Shown piece by piece: positions 26,776-36,077 of a DNA stretch of 64,000 nt. Numbering within the stretch: position 1 is the first letter of the stretch; the number at the start of each line of letters is the position of its first letter. This DNA is from an uncultured Thermoleophilia bacterium (GTDB lineage Bacteria > Actinomycetota > Thermoleophilia > UBA2241). The position numbers were made by a program, and so were the translations under genes. The notes below the pieces were generated by a model, which saw only the letters and a program-made list of their open reading frames with translations, did not search any database and was not told where the DNA came from. The stretch lies in assembly GCA_963736645.1 (NCBI GenBank), contig CAVTPJ010000008.1, positions 653,325-717,324 on the forward strand, given 5' to 3'.

Positions 26776-28224
26776 GTGAGAGTCCGTTTCGCGCCGAGCC
26801 CGACCGGGACGCTGCACATCGGTTCGGCGCGCACCGCGCTCTACAACTTCCTGCTCGCGCGGCACACGGGCGGAAGCTTCATCCTGCGCATCGACGACAC
26901 CGACGCCGCACGGTCGGACGCCGCGCTCGAGGCGAGCATCATGGACGACCTGCGCTGGCTCGGGCTCGTTTGGGACGAGGGTCCGGACGTCGGCGGCCCA
27001 GCCGGGCCGTACCGGCAGCGCGAGCGCCTGACGCGGTACCGGGCCGCGGCGGATGAGCTGCTCGAGGCCGGACGCGCGTACCATTGCTTCTGCCCGGAGG
27101 AGCGCCTCGAACAGCTTCGCGGCGAGGCGCTGGCCGCCGGACGGACCCCGCGCTACGACCGCCGCTGCCTCGGGCTGGAGCCGGGGGAGGTGCGCCGGCG
27201 GCTGGACGCAGGCGAGCGGTCGGCCGTGCGCTTCAAGGTGCCCGCGGGGGAGGTCGTCGTCGACGACCTGATCCGCGGGCCCGTCACCATCGGCGCCGAC
27301 GCGCTCAGCGACCCGATCATCGTGCGCTCGGACGGCGTCGCCGGCTACAACTTCGCGACCGTCGTCGACGATCGCGAGATGGGCATCACGCATGTGGTCC
27401 GAGGCGACGACCACCTCACCAATACCGCCCGCCAGCAGCTGCTCTTCGAGGCGCTCGGCGGCTCCGTCCCACGGTTCGCGCACCACTCCATGGTGCTCGG
27501 GCCGGACGGCGGCAAGCTCAGCAAGCGGCACGGCGCGACCGCCGTCGGCGACTACCGGGAGCTCGGCTACCTGCCGCAGGCGATCGTCAACTACCTGGCG
27601 CTCCTGGGCTGGTCGCACGGCGAGGAGGAGGTCCTCGACATGGACCGGCTGGTGCGCGAGTTCGCGCTCGAGAAGCTCTCGTCGAGCCCGGCGGTGTTCG
27701 ACCTGGCCAAGCTCGACTGGCTCGACCACGAGCGCATCATGGCGCTCGCGCCGGAGGAGCACGAGCGCCGCTTCGCCGAGCGGCTGCCGGCCGGGACGCC
27801 GCCGCAGGCGGCGTCGGCTCTGGCAGCCGCCCTCCAGCCGTCGCTCGTGCGCTACGGGGACGCCGCTGCATTGGCGGCGGAGGTGCTGGCGCCGCCGCCG
27901 GTCCCCGCGGACCTCGCGCCCGTGGCCGCGTCCGCCGACGTCCAGCTCGCCCACGTCCGGGAGCTCCGCGCCGGCGGGCCACAGTGGCTCTCGCCCGTCG
28001 GCGCGCGCGAGCTGCTCGCCGCCTACCGCGCCTGGGGCAAGGAGCGTGGCATCGGCGCCCGCGATCTGCTCATGCCCCTGCGCATAGCCCTCACCTCTGC
28101 CGAGCACGGCCCCGAGCTGCCCTTCGTGCTCGCCGCGCTCGGCCGCGACGCGACGCTCGCGCGACTCGACCGCATCCTCGCCGCCGCCGGTGAGCCCACC
28201 ACGACCCCGGGAGCCGCACCGTGA
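26776..28224 (+). CDS. gltX: glutamate--tRNA ligase
   Basis: HIGH-type motif (PSPTGTLHIGSAR) and KLSKR motif; GTG start. Confidence 0.9.
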   Translation: MRVRFAPSPTGTLHIGSARTALYNFLLARHTGGSFILRIDDTDAARSDAALEASIMDDLRWLGLVWDEGPDVGGPAGPYRQRERLTRYRAAADELLEAGRAYHCFCPEERLEQLRGEALAAGRTPRYDRRCLGLEPGEVRRRLDAGERSAVRFKVPAGEVVVDDLIRGPVTIGADALSDPIIVRSDGVAGYNFATVVDDREMGITHVVRGDDHLTNTARQQLLFEALGGSVPRFAHHSMVLGPDGGKLSKRHGATAVGDYRELGYLPQAIVNYLALLGWSHGEEEVLDMDRLVREFALEKLSSSPAVFDLAKLDWLDHERIMALAPEEHERRFAERLPAGTPPQAASALAAALQPSLVRYGDAAALAAEVLAPPPVPADLAPVAASADVQLAHVRELRAGGPQWLSPVGARELLAAYRAWGKERGIGARDLLMPLRIALTSAEHGPELPFVLAALGRDATLARLDRILAAAGEPTTTPGAAP

Positions 28225-29774
28225 TCCGCCTGTTCAACTCGCTGACCCAGCAGAAGGAGCCGTTCGAGCCTCGCGACCCGGGCAAGGCCGGCGTCTACTG
28301 CTGCGGACCCACGGTCTACAACCTCGTGCACATCGGCAACGCCCGGCCGTACGTCACGTTCGCCGTCCTGCGCTCCTGGCTCGTCCACCGAGGCCTGGAC
28401 GTGACGCTGGTGACCAACATCACCGACGTCGACGACAAGATCATCGCCAAGGCCAACGCGGAGGGACGCGACTCGGTCGAGGTGGCGGAGGAGTACACGG
28501 CCGCCTACGTGGAGGACACCGGGAGGCTCGGCATCCCCCGACCTGACGTCGAGCCCAGGGCGACGGAGACCATCGCCGAGATCATCGACCTCGTGTGCCA
28601 GCTCATCTCCGGCGGGCACGCGTACCAGGCGCACGGCAGCGTCTACTTCCGCGTGCGCAGCTTCGACGAGTACGGCAAGCTCAGCAAGCAGCGCATCGAC
28701 GAGCTGGAGGAGGGCGTGCGCGTCGATGCCGAGCCCGGCAAGGCCGATCCGCTCGATTTCGCCGTGTGGAAGGCGGCCAAGCCGGGCGAGCCCGCCTGGG
28801 AGAGCCCGTGGGGGATGGGCCGCCCCGGCTGGCACATCGAGTGCTCCGCCATGGGCCTGCGCTACCTGGGCGCCGGGTTCGACGTCCACGGCGGCGGCCG
28901 CGACCTCATCTTCCCGCACCACGAGAACGAGATCGCCCAGAGCGAGGCCGCAGGCCTGCCGTTCGCCAAGGTCTGGATGCACAACGGGATGATCCGCAGC
29001 GAGGGCGAGAAGATGGCCAAGAGCGTCGGCAACATCTTCCTGCTGCGCGAGGTGCTCGACCGCTACGACCCGGCGGTGGTGCTCACCTACTTCCTCACCA
29101 CGCACTACCGCAGCCCCCTCGAGTTCAGCACCGAGAAGCTGGACGAGGCGAAGGCCGCCTACGGCCGCTTCGCCGGCGCTCTCAGCGACATCGAGTTCCG
29201 CATCGCCAACGCCGCGCGGGCGGCGACGCGAGGCGCGTGCCCGGACCTCGCGCTGCGCGCCGAGGCGGCCCGCGTCGCGTTCGGTGAGCGCATGGACGAC
29301 GACCTCAACACCGCCGGCGCACTGGGCGAGCTGTTCGCGCTGGTCGGCGAGATGCACCGGTATCTCACCGAGGTCGACGGCGGCGCGTCGCCACTCGATG
29401 CGGATGCGCTCGCAGCCGTGGGCCGGGTCCTGCGCGAGTCGCTCACCGTGCTCCTCATCCCCGTGCCCGGGCAGGGAGCGGACCTCACCGCCGTCGGCAG
29501 CGTCGCCGGCGCCGACGCCGCGGCCTGCGTCACGGGGGCGGTCGCACTGCTGCCGGCGGCACGGCTCGCGGAGGAGGGTCGCTGGGACGACGTGGAACTG
29601 GTGTACGCCGACAGACTCGGCTGCGACGACGCGACGTACGCGTGCGTGCTGCGCGATCACCATCGCGCCGAGAAGCGGTGGGCCGAGGCGGACCGGCTGC
29701 GCGACGAGATCCAGGCAGCCGGCTACGAGGTGCGTGACACGCCGCAGGGCACCCAGGTCGTCAAGCGGGTATGA
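28221..29774 (+). CDS. cysS: cysteine--tRNA ligase
   Basis: [15 protein letters not shown] (HIGH), zinc-binding Cys, KMAKS motif; overlaps gltX by 4 nt. Confidence 0.9.
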   Translation: MIRLFNSLTQQKEPFEPRDPGKAGVYCCGPTVYNLVHIGNARPYVTFAVLRSWLVHRGLDVTLVTNITDVDDKIIAKANAEGRDSVEVAEEYTAAYVEDTGRLGIPRPDVEPRATETIAEIIDLVCQLISGGHAYQAHGSVYFRVRSFDEYGKLSKQRIDELEEGVRVDAEPGKADPLDFAVWKAAKPGEPAWESPWGMGRPGWHIECSAMGLRYLGAGFDVHGGGRDLIFPHHENEIAQSEAAGLPFAKVWMHNGMIRSEGEKMAKSVGNIFLLREVLDRYDPAVVLTYFLTTHYRSPLEFSTEKLDEAKAAYGRFAGALSDIEFRIANAARAATRGACPDLALRAEAARVAFGERMDDDLNTAGALGELFALVGEMHRYLTEVDGGASPLDADALAAVGRVLRESLTVLLIPVPGQGADLTAVGSVAGADAAACVTGAVALLPAARLAEEGRWDDVELVYADRLGCDDATYACVLRDHHRAEKRWAEADRLRDEIQAAGYEVRDTPQGTQVVKRV

Positions 29775-29814
29775 GCCGAAGAGGTCAGGGCGGCGTGCGC
29801 TCGAGACATGCCGA

Positions 29815-30207
29815 TCAGGCGAACAACAGCGTCCCGACCAGCGCGCCGGAGCCGAGCATTCCGCCGGCGACCCCCAGGAGGAACGCGCTCGTCGCCTGTC
29901 GATCGGCGCGCTCAGGACCGCGTCGACCCCGGGCCAGGCTGAGGACCTCGAGTGCCACCGCGGCGCCGAGGAGGACGGCCGCACCGGCGGCGGCCAGGCG
30001 CGTAGGCCCATCGCTCATCACGGCGACGGGGAGCACCGTGACCAAGGGCGGGGTGAGGATGACCAGCGTCAGCGCGCCGCGGAGTCGCGGATGGCGGCCG
30101 CAGAGCGCCGTGACCACCAGGAGGCCGACCGGCGAGAGGACGGTCCACCAGAACAGCGCGGTGATGGTGACGGCCGCGAGCGAGCCGGGAGTGATGTCGA
30201 TGGGCAT
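29815..30207 (-). CDS. hypothetical small membrane protein
   Basis: About 130 aa, 3-4 predicted TM helices, no recognisable domain; start ATG 30207 or GTG 30234. Confidence 0.4.
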   Translation of the reverse strand: MPIDITPGSLAAVTITALFWWTVLSPVGLLVVTALCGRHPRLRGALTLVILTPPLVTVLPVAVMSDGPTRLAAAGAAVLLGAAVALEVLSLARGRRGPERADRQATSAFLLGVAGGMLGSGALVGTLLFA

Positions 30208-30251
30208 GCCGCCAGTGTACCGGTGGCGGGCCACAGGGGTGAGGTGACGCC

Positions 30252-30983
30252 GTGGAGTGGCTGTACGGCCGCAATGTCGTCAGGATGGCTCTCGCGGCCG
30301 GCGCGCGGCGGCGGGCCTACCGGCTCGCCGCGACGTCCCCGGCCCTGGACGCCGTCGCCGGGCTCGTTCCCGACGAGCTGCCGGTCGACACGGTGAGCGG
30401 TGCGGCGCTCGATGAGCTCCTCGGAACGCACGAGCACCAGGGGGTCGCGCTGCAGGTGGAGTCGTATCGGTACGCCGATCCCGGCGCGCTTCTCGCCGCC
30501 GACGTCCTCGTCGCGCTCGACGAGGTCACCGACCCGCACAACCTCGGCGCCGTGGCGCGCAGCGCACTCGCCGCCGGCGCGGCGGGTCTCGTCGTGCCGA
30601 AGCACCGCTCGGCCCGCGTGACGCCGGCCGCCGTGAAGGCATCCGCGGGCACCCTGGAGCTGCTGCGCGTGGCCCAGGTCACGAACGTCGTCGCCTTTCT
30701 GCGTCGCGCCAAGGAGGCCGGGTTCTGGGTCTACGGCGCCGCCGGCGACGCCGACGCCTCCTACGTCGACACGGACCTCACAGGACGCGTGGTCATCGTC
30801 GCCGGCGCCGAGGGCCGCGGCTTGCGGCCACTCGTGGCGCGGACCTGCGACGCGCTCGTCTCCATTCCCATGGAGGCTCCGGTGGAGAGCCTGAACGTGA
30901 GTGTGGCCGCCGCGCTGCTCCTCTACGAAGCGCGGCGGCAGCGCGAAGCGGCCGCCGGATCAGCACCCGGTGACGGCCGGTGA
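30252..30983 (+). CDS. rlmB: 23S rRNA (guanosine-2'-O)-methyltransferase RlmB (SpoU/TrmH family)
   Basis: SPOUT motifs (DEVTDPHNLGAVARSA, VIVAGAEGRGL) and B. subtilis yacO-like position after cysS. Confidence 0.85.
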   Translation: MEWLYGRNVVRMALAAGARRRAYRLAATSPALDAVAGLVPDELPVDTVSGAALDELLGTHEHQGVALQVESYRYADPGALLAADVLVALDEVTDPHNLGAVARSALAAGAAGLVVPKHRSARVTPAAVKASAGTLELLRVAQVTNVVAFLRRAKEAGFWVYGAAGDADASYVDTDLTGRVVIVAGAEGRGLRPLVARTCDALVSIPMEAPVESLNVSVAAALLLYEARRQREAAAGSAPGDGR

Positions 30984-31498
30984 CCACCGACATCGTCTAC
31001 ATCGTCGACGGCTACAACGTGCTGCACGCGCTGTTCCGCGGCGCGGACAAGGAGGAGATCTTCGCGCGCCGCGACTGGCTCGCCGATCGGCTCGCGGGAT
31101 TCGCCGCGCTGCGCGGGGCGCGGGCCGTGCTGGTGTTCGACGGCAGCGGCCCGCGCAGTACCAGCAGCGAGCCCGTGAAGGGCGCGCCGGTCGAGATGGT
31201 CTTCGCCGGCGGGCGTTTCACGGCCGACACCCTGATCGCTCGCCGCATCGCCGATCAGCCGGCGGACGTCCAGGTGGTCGTCGTCTCCGCCGACCAGGAG
31301 GTCCAGCGCGCGGCCTCTCGAGCCGGTGTGACTCGCATGACGCCCTCGGAACTGGCGGGCGCACTCGGCGAGGACGATCGCCTCGGGCAGGCTCTTGACT
31401 CTGCCCCAGACTCCACTAGAATGCCCTCACGGCTTGAGGATAAAGTTGACCCTGAGACTTTGCGACGACTCGAGGAGATGCGCCACAAGCCGACGTAG
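30980..31498 (+). CDS. yacP: NYN-domain ribonuclease (YacP/Rae1-like)
   Basis: 172 aa, DGYNVLHA N-terminus typical of YacP; conserved position between rlmB and sigH. Confidence 0.75.
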   Translation: MTTDIVYIVDGYNVLHALFRGADKEEIFARRDWLADRLAGFAALRGARAVLVFDGSGPRSTSSEPVKGAPVEMVFAGGRFTADTLIARRIADQPADVQVVVVSADQEVQRAASRAGVTRMTPSELAGALGEDDRLGQALDSAPDSTRMPSRLEDKVDPETLRRLEEMRHKPT

Positions 31499-31561
31499 AC
31501 GTTCCGCGAGGTTCGATGTGCGGGATGTGCAGGGGCAAACGAGCGGAGGTGGGGACAACGA

Positions 31562-32239
31562 ATGGCTCGCCAGGCCGACCACAGCCGCGGCACGGGATCG
31601 TCTCACAACCCTCAACCATTCAGTGAGAGTGCCGACTTCGCGCTCGTCCAGGCGTATCGCCGTGGCAACAAGGCCGCGCTCGACGCGCTCATGGCGCGCT
31701 ATCACCAGTTCGTGCGCCTCAAGGCCAGTTCGTACTTCCTGGCCGGCGGGGACGCGGAAGACCTGATCCAGGAGGGGCTGCTCGGCCTCTACAAGGCGGT
31801 CCGCGACTACCGCGACGACCGCCTGGCCAGCTTTCGCAGCTTCGCGGAGCTCTGCATCACCCGCCAGATCATCACCGCGATCAAGACGGCGACGCGCCAG
31901 AAGCACGTGCCGCTGAACGGCTACCTGTCGTTCAGCCAGTCGCCGAGCGATTCGTCCGACGACGGCGACTGCTCGCTCGCCGACGTGCTGCCGGGGCCCA
32001 CCACGCACGATCCGGTCAACCAGGTCATCAGCTCCGAAGAGGTGGACAGCCTCACCGGCTGCCTCACGCGGATGCTCTCCGAGCTCGAGGGCAAGGTCCT
32101 GCGGCTCTACCTGCAGGGCCTCAGCTACGAGCGCATCGCCGGTGAGCTCGGCTGCGACTGCAAGACCGTGGACAACGCCCTGCAGCGCATCAAGCGCAAG
32201 GTGGACCTGCACCTCGAGGGACGGCGCGTCCCCAGCTGA
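31562..32239 (+). CDS. sigH: RNA polymerase sigma-H factor (sigma-70 family)
   Basis: Region 2 (DAEDLIQEGLLGLYKAVRDY) and region 4 HTH (LSYERIAGELGCDCKTVDNALQR); position downstream of yacP as in Bacillus. Confidence 0.8.
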   Translation: MARQADHSRGTGSSHNPQPFSESADFALVQAYRRGNKAALDALMARYHQFVRLKASSYFLAGGDAEDLIQEGLLGLYKAVRDYRDDRLASFRSFAELCITRQIITAIKTATRQKHVPLNGYLSFSQSPSDSSDDGDCSLADVLPGPTTHDPVNQVISSEEVDSLTGCLTRMLSELEGKVLRLYLQGLSYERIAGELGCDCKTVDNALQRIKRKVDLHLEGRRVPS

Positions 32240-32351
32240 TCGCGGACGGCGCGGCGGTGCGGCCGCGACGCACAAGTGAACGAGACGGGCGGGGTGGCCG
32301 CGAGGCCACCCCGCCCGTCTCGTTCGCGCGCTCGATCCTGTGACGCGGCGC

Positions 32352-33443
32352 TCAGAAGGTCATGAGGCTCACGTCGTGGCCCTGCTGCTGCACGAGCAGC
32401 TTGAAGTCGTGCGGGTTGCTGGCGACCTGCGCGGCGTCGGCGAGCGTGATGAGCCCATCCTCGTAGAGGTTGAGCAGCGCCTGGTCGAACGTCTGCATGC
32501 CGTAGAAGTCGCCTTCCTTGATGGCGTCGGTGATGAGCAGCGACTGGTCGGGATCGAGGATGAAGTCGCGGATGCGGTTGGTGCACACCATGACCTCGAT
32601 CGCCGGCACGCGGCCCTGGCCGTCGGCGCGCACGAGCAGGCGCTGGCTGATGATGCCCTTGAGCGTGCCCGCGAGCATGATGCGGACCTGCTTCTGCTGG
32701 TGCAGCGGGAAGAAGTCGATGATGCGGTTGATGGTCTCCTGCGCGTCGATGGTGTGCAGGGTGCTCATCACGAAGTGACCGGTCTGGGCGGCGGTCAGCG
32801 CTGCCTCGACCGTCTCGGTGTCGCGCATCTCGCCGATGAGGATGTCGTCGGGGTCCTGGCGCAGGACGTACTTGAGCGCCGTCGCATAGCTGTCCGTGTC
32901 GAGGCCGATCTCGCGCTGGTTGATGATCGCCTTCTTGTCCTTGTGCAGGACTTCTATGGGATCCTCGACGGTGACCACGTGCCGGCGCAAGGTGGTATTG
33001 ATGTGGTCGATCATCGCCGCGAGCGTGGTCGTCTTGCCCGAGCCGGTGGTGCCGGTGACCAGCACGAGGCCGCGCGGCTCGAGGGCGAGGCGCTTGATGA
33101 TGTCGGGGAGGTGGAGCTCCTCGAACGACGGGATCTTGGTGGTCACCTGGCGCATGGCGATGCTGATGCTGCCACGCTGGCGGAAGACGTTGACGCGGAA
33201 GCGGCCGAGGTTGGGCGAGGAGTAGGCGAAGTCGATCTCGTTGTGCTCGCTGAAACGGCGGATCTGCTTGTCGGTCATGATCGACGCCGCGACGTCCTTG
33301 GTGTCCTCCGGTGTGAGCGCGGGCTCGTCCATGAGCGCCAGCTCGCCGTCGACGCGCAGGACCGGCGGGCTCCCCGCCTTGATGTGCAGGTCCGACGCGT
33401 TGCGCGCCATCATCTCGCTGAGCAGGTCATCGATCGGTTTCAT
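32352..33443 (-). CDS. pilT: type IV pilus twitching-motility ATPase PilT
   Basis: Walker A (GTTGSGKTTT), PilT/GspE core and histidine/Asp boxes, 363 aa. Confidence 0.85.
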   Translation of the reverse strand: MKPIDDLLSEMMARNASDLHIKAGSPPVLRVDGELALMDEPALTPEDTKDVAASIMTDKQIRRFSEHNEIDFAYSSPNLGRFRVNVFRQRGSISIAMRQVTTKIPSFEELHLPDIIKRLALEPRGLVLVTGTTGSGKTTTLAAMIDHINTTLRRHVVTVEDPIEVLHKDKKAIINQREIGLDTDSYATALKYVLRQDPDDILIGEMRDTETVEAALTAAQTGHFVMSTLHTIDAQETINRIIDFFPLHQQKQVRIMLAGTLKGIISQRLLVRADGQGRVPAIEVMVCTNRIRDFILDPDQSLLITDAIKEGDFYGMQTFDQALLNLYEDGLITLADAAQVASNPHDFKLLVQQQGHDVSLMTF

Positions 33444-33573
33444 GGTGCAGCCCCGTTCACTCGGGTTCTCTCTCCGTGTCCTAGTTCGGCAGAACTCCCG
33501 AAAAGCTTACATCGGCGGCACCGTCGGCGCATGTGCCGGCGCGCGCGCAGGCTCTGCCCCGCGAAGGAAGAGC

Positions 33574-34611
33574 CTAGAACCGCCCGCCGATCCAGGCGTC
33601 GCGACCGGTGAAGGTGCCGTAGCGCACCACGTCACCCGTGTGCGGCGCCTCGATGCACGTGCTCCCGCCGACGAAGATCGCCACGTGGTGGCTGAAGCCG
33701 GCGTTGCCGAAGAAGATCAGGTCGCCGGGTCGCAGGTCGGTGAGCGCGACCGGCGAGCTCGAGCGCTGCTGGGCTGTGGCGCCGTGCGACATGCCGATGC
33801 CGATCTGCGCGTAGCAGTACATGGTGAGGCCGGAGCAGTCGAAGCCGCTCGGGCTCGCTCCACCCCACACGTAGGGCACGCCGAAGTAGCGCTGCGCGAT
33901 GGCGACGATCTCGGGGTGGCCGGGGCTGTTGGGGTCGACCCTGGGTATGGGGCCCGAGAAGCCGGTGAGGGCGAGCTGCGCGCGGAGGCGAGCCTGAGCC
34001 TTGAGCTTCCTGATCTGTTTCTTGATGTCCCGGGTGAGATCGCCGAGCCTGCTCTCGAGGGCGATGAGCTCGTTCTTGTGCTGCTCGCGGTCGGCGACGA
34101 GACGGGCGGCGGCCTTCTCGTCGACGTCGAGCCTGAGCCGGCGATCCTTGATGTCGCGCTTGTACGCGGCGATGGCGCGGACCGTGTCGACGTCGCTGTT
34201 GCCGAGGCGCTCCATCATGTCCATCTGGCTGACGAGGTCCTCGAAGCTGTCCGCCTGGAAGATGACGTCGACCACGCCGACGTCGCGCGCCTTGTAGATG
34301 TTCTCGGCGCGTGCCATGAGCTGCTCGTTGGCGCGCGCGAGGTTCTTGCGGGCCATGTCGAGCTGGCGCTGGTTCTCGTCGATCTGGGCCCGTATGGTCG
34401 CAAGCTGGGTCGAGGCCTGGTTGTACTTCTCGACCGCGATCTCCGACTGCATGGAGACCTCGCTGAGGCGCGCCTGCACGACCTTCAGACGCGCCTTGGC
34501 CTTGGCGACGCTGCCCACCGCCGGCGCCGGGGGCGCCAGCACGAGCAGGATCGCGGCGAGGGAGAACGCGGTGAGGAAGGCGGCTCGGATGAACGTGCTG
34601 CGGTGAGTCAC
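33574..34611 (-). CDS. NlpC/P60 (C40) peptidoglycan endopeptidase with N-terminal coiled coil (CwlO/RipA-like), copy 1
   Basis: Signal peptide, long coiled-coil region, C-terminal NlpC/P60 catalytic domain (DCSGLTMYCYAQ...H). Confidence 0.8.
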   Translation of the reverse strand: MTHRSTFIRAAFLTAFSLAAILLVLAPPAPAVGSVAKAKARLKVVQARLSEVSMQSEIAVEKYNQASTQLATIRAQIDENQRQLDMARKNLARANEQLMARAENIYKARDVGVVDVIFQADSFEDLVSQMDMMERLGNSDVDTVRAIAAYKRDIKDRRLRLDVDEKAAARLVADREQHKNELIALESRLGDLTRDIKKQIRKLKAQARLRAQLALTGFSGPIPRVDPNSPGHPEIVAIAQRYFGVPYVWGGASPSGFDCSGLTMYCYAQIGIGMSHGATAQQRSSSPVALTDLRPGDLIFFGNAGFSHHVAIFVGGSTCIEAPHTGDVVRYGTFTGRDAWIGGRF

Positions 34612-34685
34612 TCGATCGTGTCCTCCGGCATCACCCGGTCGGAGACGCGCGGTATCTTGCCGTGGTTTCAGGTGTGAACGTATTC

Positions 34686-34736
34686 GAACCTGAGGGCGCG
34701 TTCCCTACGCGAACGCAGGAACGCGCCCTCAGGTTC
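34686..34736. terminator. perfect 19-bp hairpin between the tandem NlpC/P60 genes
   Basis: GAACCTGAGGGCGCGTTCC-(13 nt loop)-GGAACGCGCCCTCAGGTTC, immediately 3' of copy 2 and 5' of copy 1 on the minus strand. Confidence 0.55.
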
Positions 34737-34744
34737 GCCGAAGG

Positions 34745-35797
34745 TCAGGGCCGGCCACCGATCCAGGCGCCGCCGATGGAGCCGTAGCTGACGACGGCGC
34801 CGGTGTGCGGGGCGTGGATCATGCTGCCGCCGCCGACGTAGATGCCGACGTGATAGCTGTAGCTGGCGGAGCCGAAGAAGACCAGGTCGCCGGGCTGCAG
34901 CGCGCTCAGCGGGACCGGCGTGCTGGACTGCTGCTGGGCCGTGGCGCCGTGCGCGAGGCCGATGCCGACCTGCGCGTAGCAGTACATGGTGAGGCCGGAG
35001 CAGTCGAAGCCGCTCGGGCTGGCGCCGCCGTACACGTAGGGCACGCCGAGGTAGCGCTGGGCGATGCCGACGACGGACGAATGACCGGAGCCGCCGGGGT
35101 CGACGACGGTGCCGCCGCCTCCGCCGCCCGTGCTCCCGCCGGTGTTCTGCTGCGCGGCCTCTGCGGCGGCTTGCGCGGCGGCGGCCTGCTGCGCCTGGAG
35201 GCGCTGGATGTCCGCCTTGATGCCGGCGGTCATCCTCTCGAGCCTGCTCTCGAGCCCTACGACCTCGGCCTTCTGCTGCGCCGCCTCGTCGACCAGCTTG
35301 GCCGCGGCCTTCTTGTCGGCGTCGAGCTTGACGCGCCGGTCCTTGATGTCCTGCTGGTAGGCGGCGATGCTCTTGACGGTGTCGACGTCGCTGTTGCCCA
35401 GGCGCTCCATCAGATTGAGCTGCGTGACCAGGTCGTCGAAGCTGTTGGCGGCGAAGAGGACGTCGACAACGCCCACATCGCGCGTCTTGTAGATGCTCTC
35501 GGCGCGGGTGGACAACTGCTCGTTGGCGACGCCGAGGTTGTACTCGGCGACCTTGAGCAGGCGCTGGTTCTCCTTGATCTGCGACGTGACCGCGTCCAGC
35601 TGGGTCGTGGCCTGGTTGTACTTCTCGACGGCCATGTCGACCTGGTGGTACACGGTCTGGAGCTTCGCCTGGATCTCGCGCAGCTGTGCTTTCTTGCTGC
35701 TGACGGGGGAGGCGAGGGAGGTGGGAGCGAGGGAGAGGGTGAGGAAGAGGGTGCCGAGAAGGACAGAGATCGTAGCGATCCGTCGTTTACCGTTCAC
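34745..35797 (-). CDS. NlpC/P60 (C40) endopeptidase with coiled coil, copy 2 (tandem paralog)
   Basis: Same architecture as copy 1, with conserved blocks (VEKYNQATTQL, DCSGLTMYCYAQVGIGLAHGATAQQ); start GTG 35797 preceded by RBS GGAGGAGG. Confidence 0.8.
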   Translation of the reverse strand: MNGKRRIATISVLLGTLFLTLSLAPTSLASPVSSKKAQLREIQAKLQTVYHQVDMAVEKYNQATTQLDAVTSQIKENQRLLKVAEYNLGVANEQLSTRAESIYKTRDVGVVDVLFAANSFDDLVTQLNLMERLGNSDVDTVKSIAAYQQDIKDRRVKLDADKKAAAKLVDEAAQQKAEVVGLESRLERMTAGIKADIQRLQAQQAAAAQAAAEAAQQNTGGSTGGGGGGTVVDPGGSGHSSVVGIAQRYLGVPYVYGGASPSGFDCSGLTMYCYAQVGIGLAHGATAQQQSSTPVPLSALQPGDLVFFGSASYSYHVGIYVGGGSMIHAPHTGAVVSYGSIGGAWIGGRP

Positions 35798-36077
35798 TGC
35801 ATCGCCTCCTCCGGGCGCGTGCTGTGCGACGCGTCCTCGTTGAGGTGAGCCCTTCGTGCGTTGCTCCGGTTCTGCCGCGCCGCACCTCGCGGGCGTCAGA
35901 CTCACCAGACTCAAGTACGAGACCTTAACATCCGGAGGTCCCGCTGACAACCGTGGCGGCGCGCGAGACGCCGCCACGCGGCGCGGCGCGGGGGGCGCGA
36001 CGACGGCCCTCGTCGTCGACCGGCATCAGTGAGCGGCGTGCCTCACGGCGCCCCGCCCGTTGACGCCGCCGCGCACG

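Noticed and set aside
31427-32275. Minus-strand 282-aa ORF antisense to sigH, and plus-strand ORFs 32340..33611 and 33241..34677 antisense to pilT and NlpC/P60
   Set aside because: They are composition-driven ORFs antisense to genes with strong motif support and have no recognisable domains.
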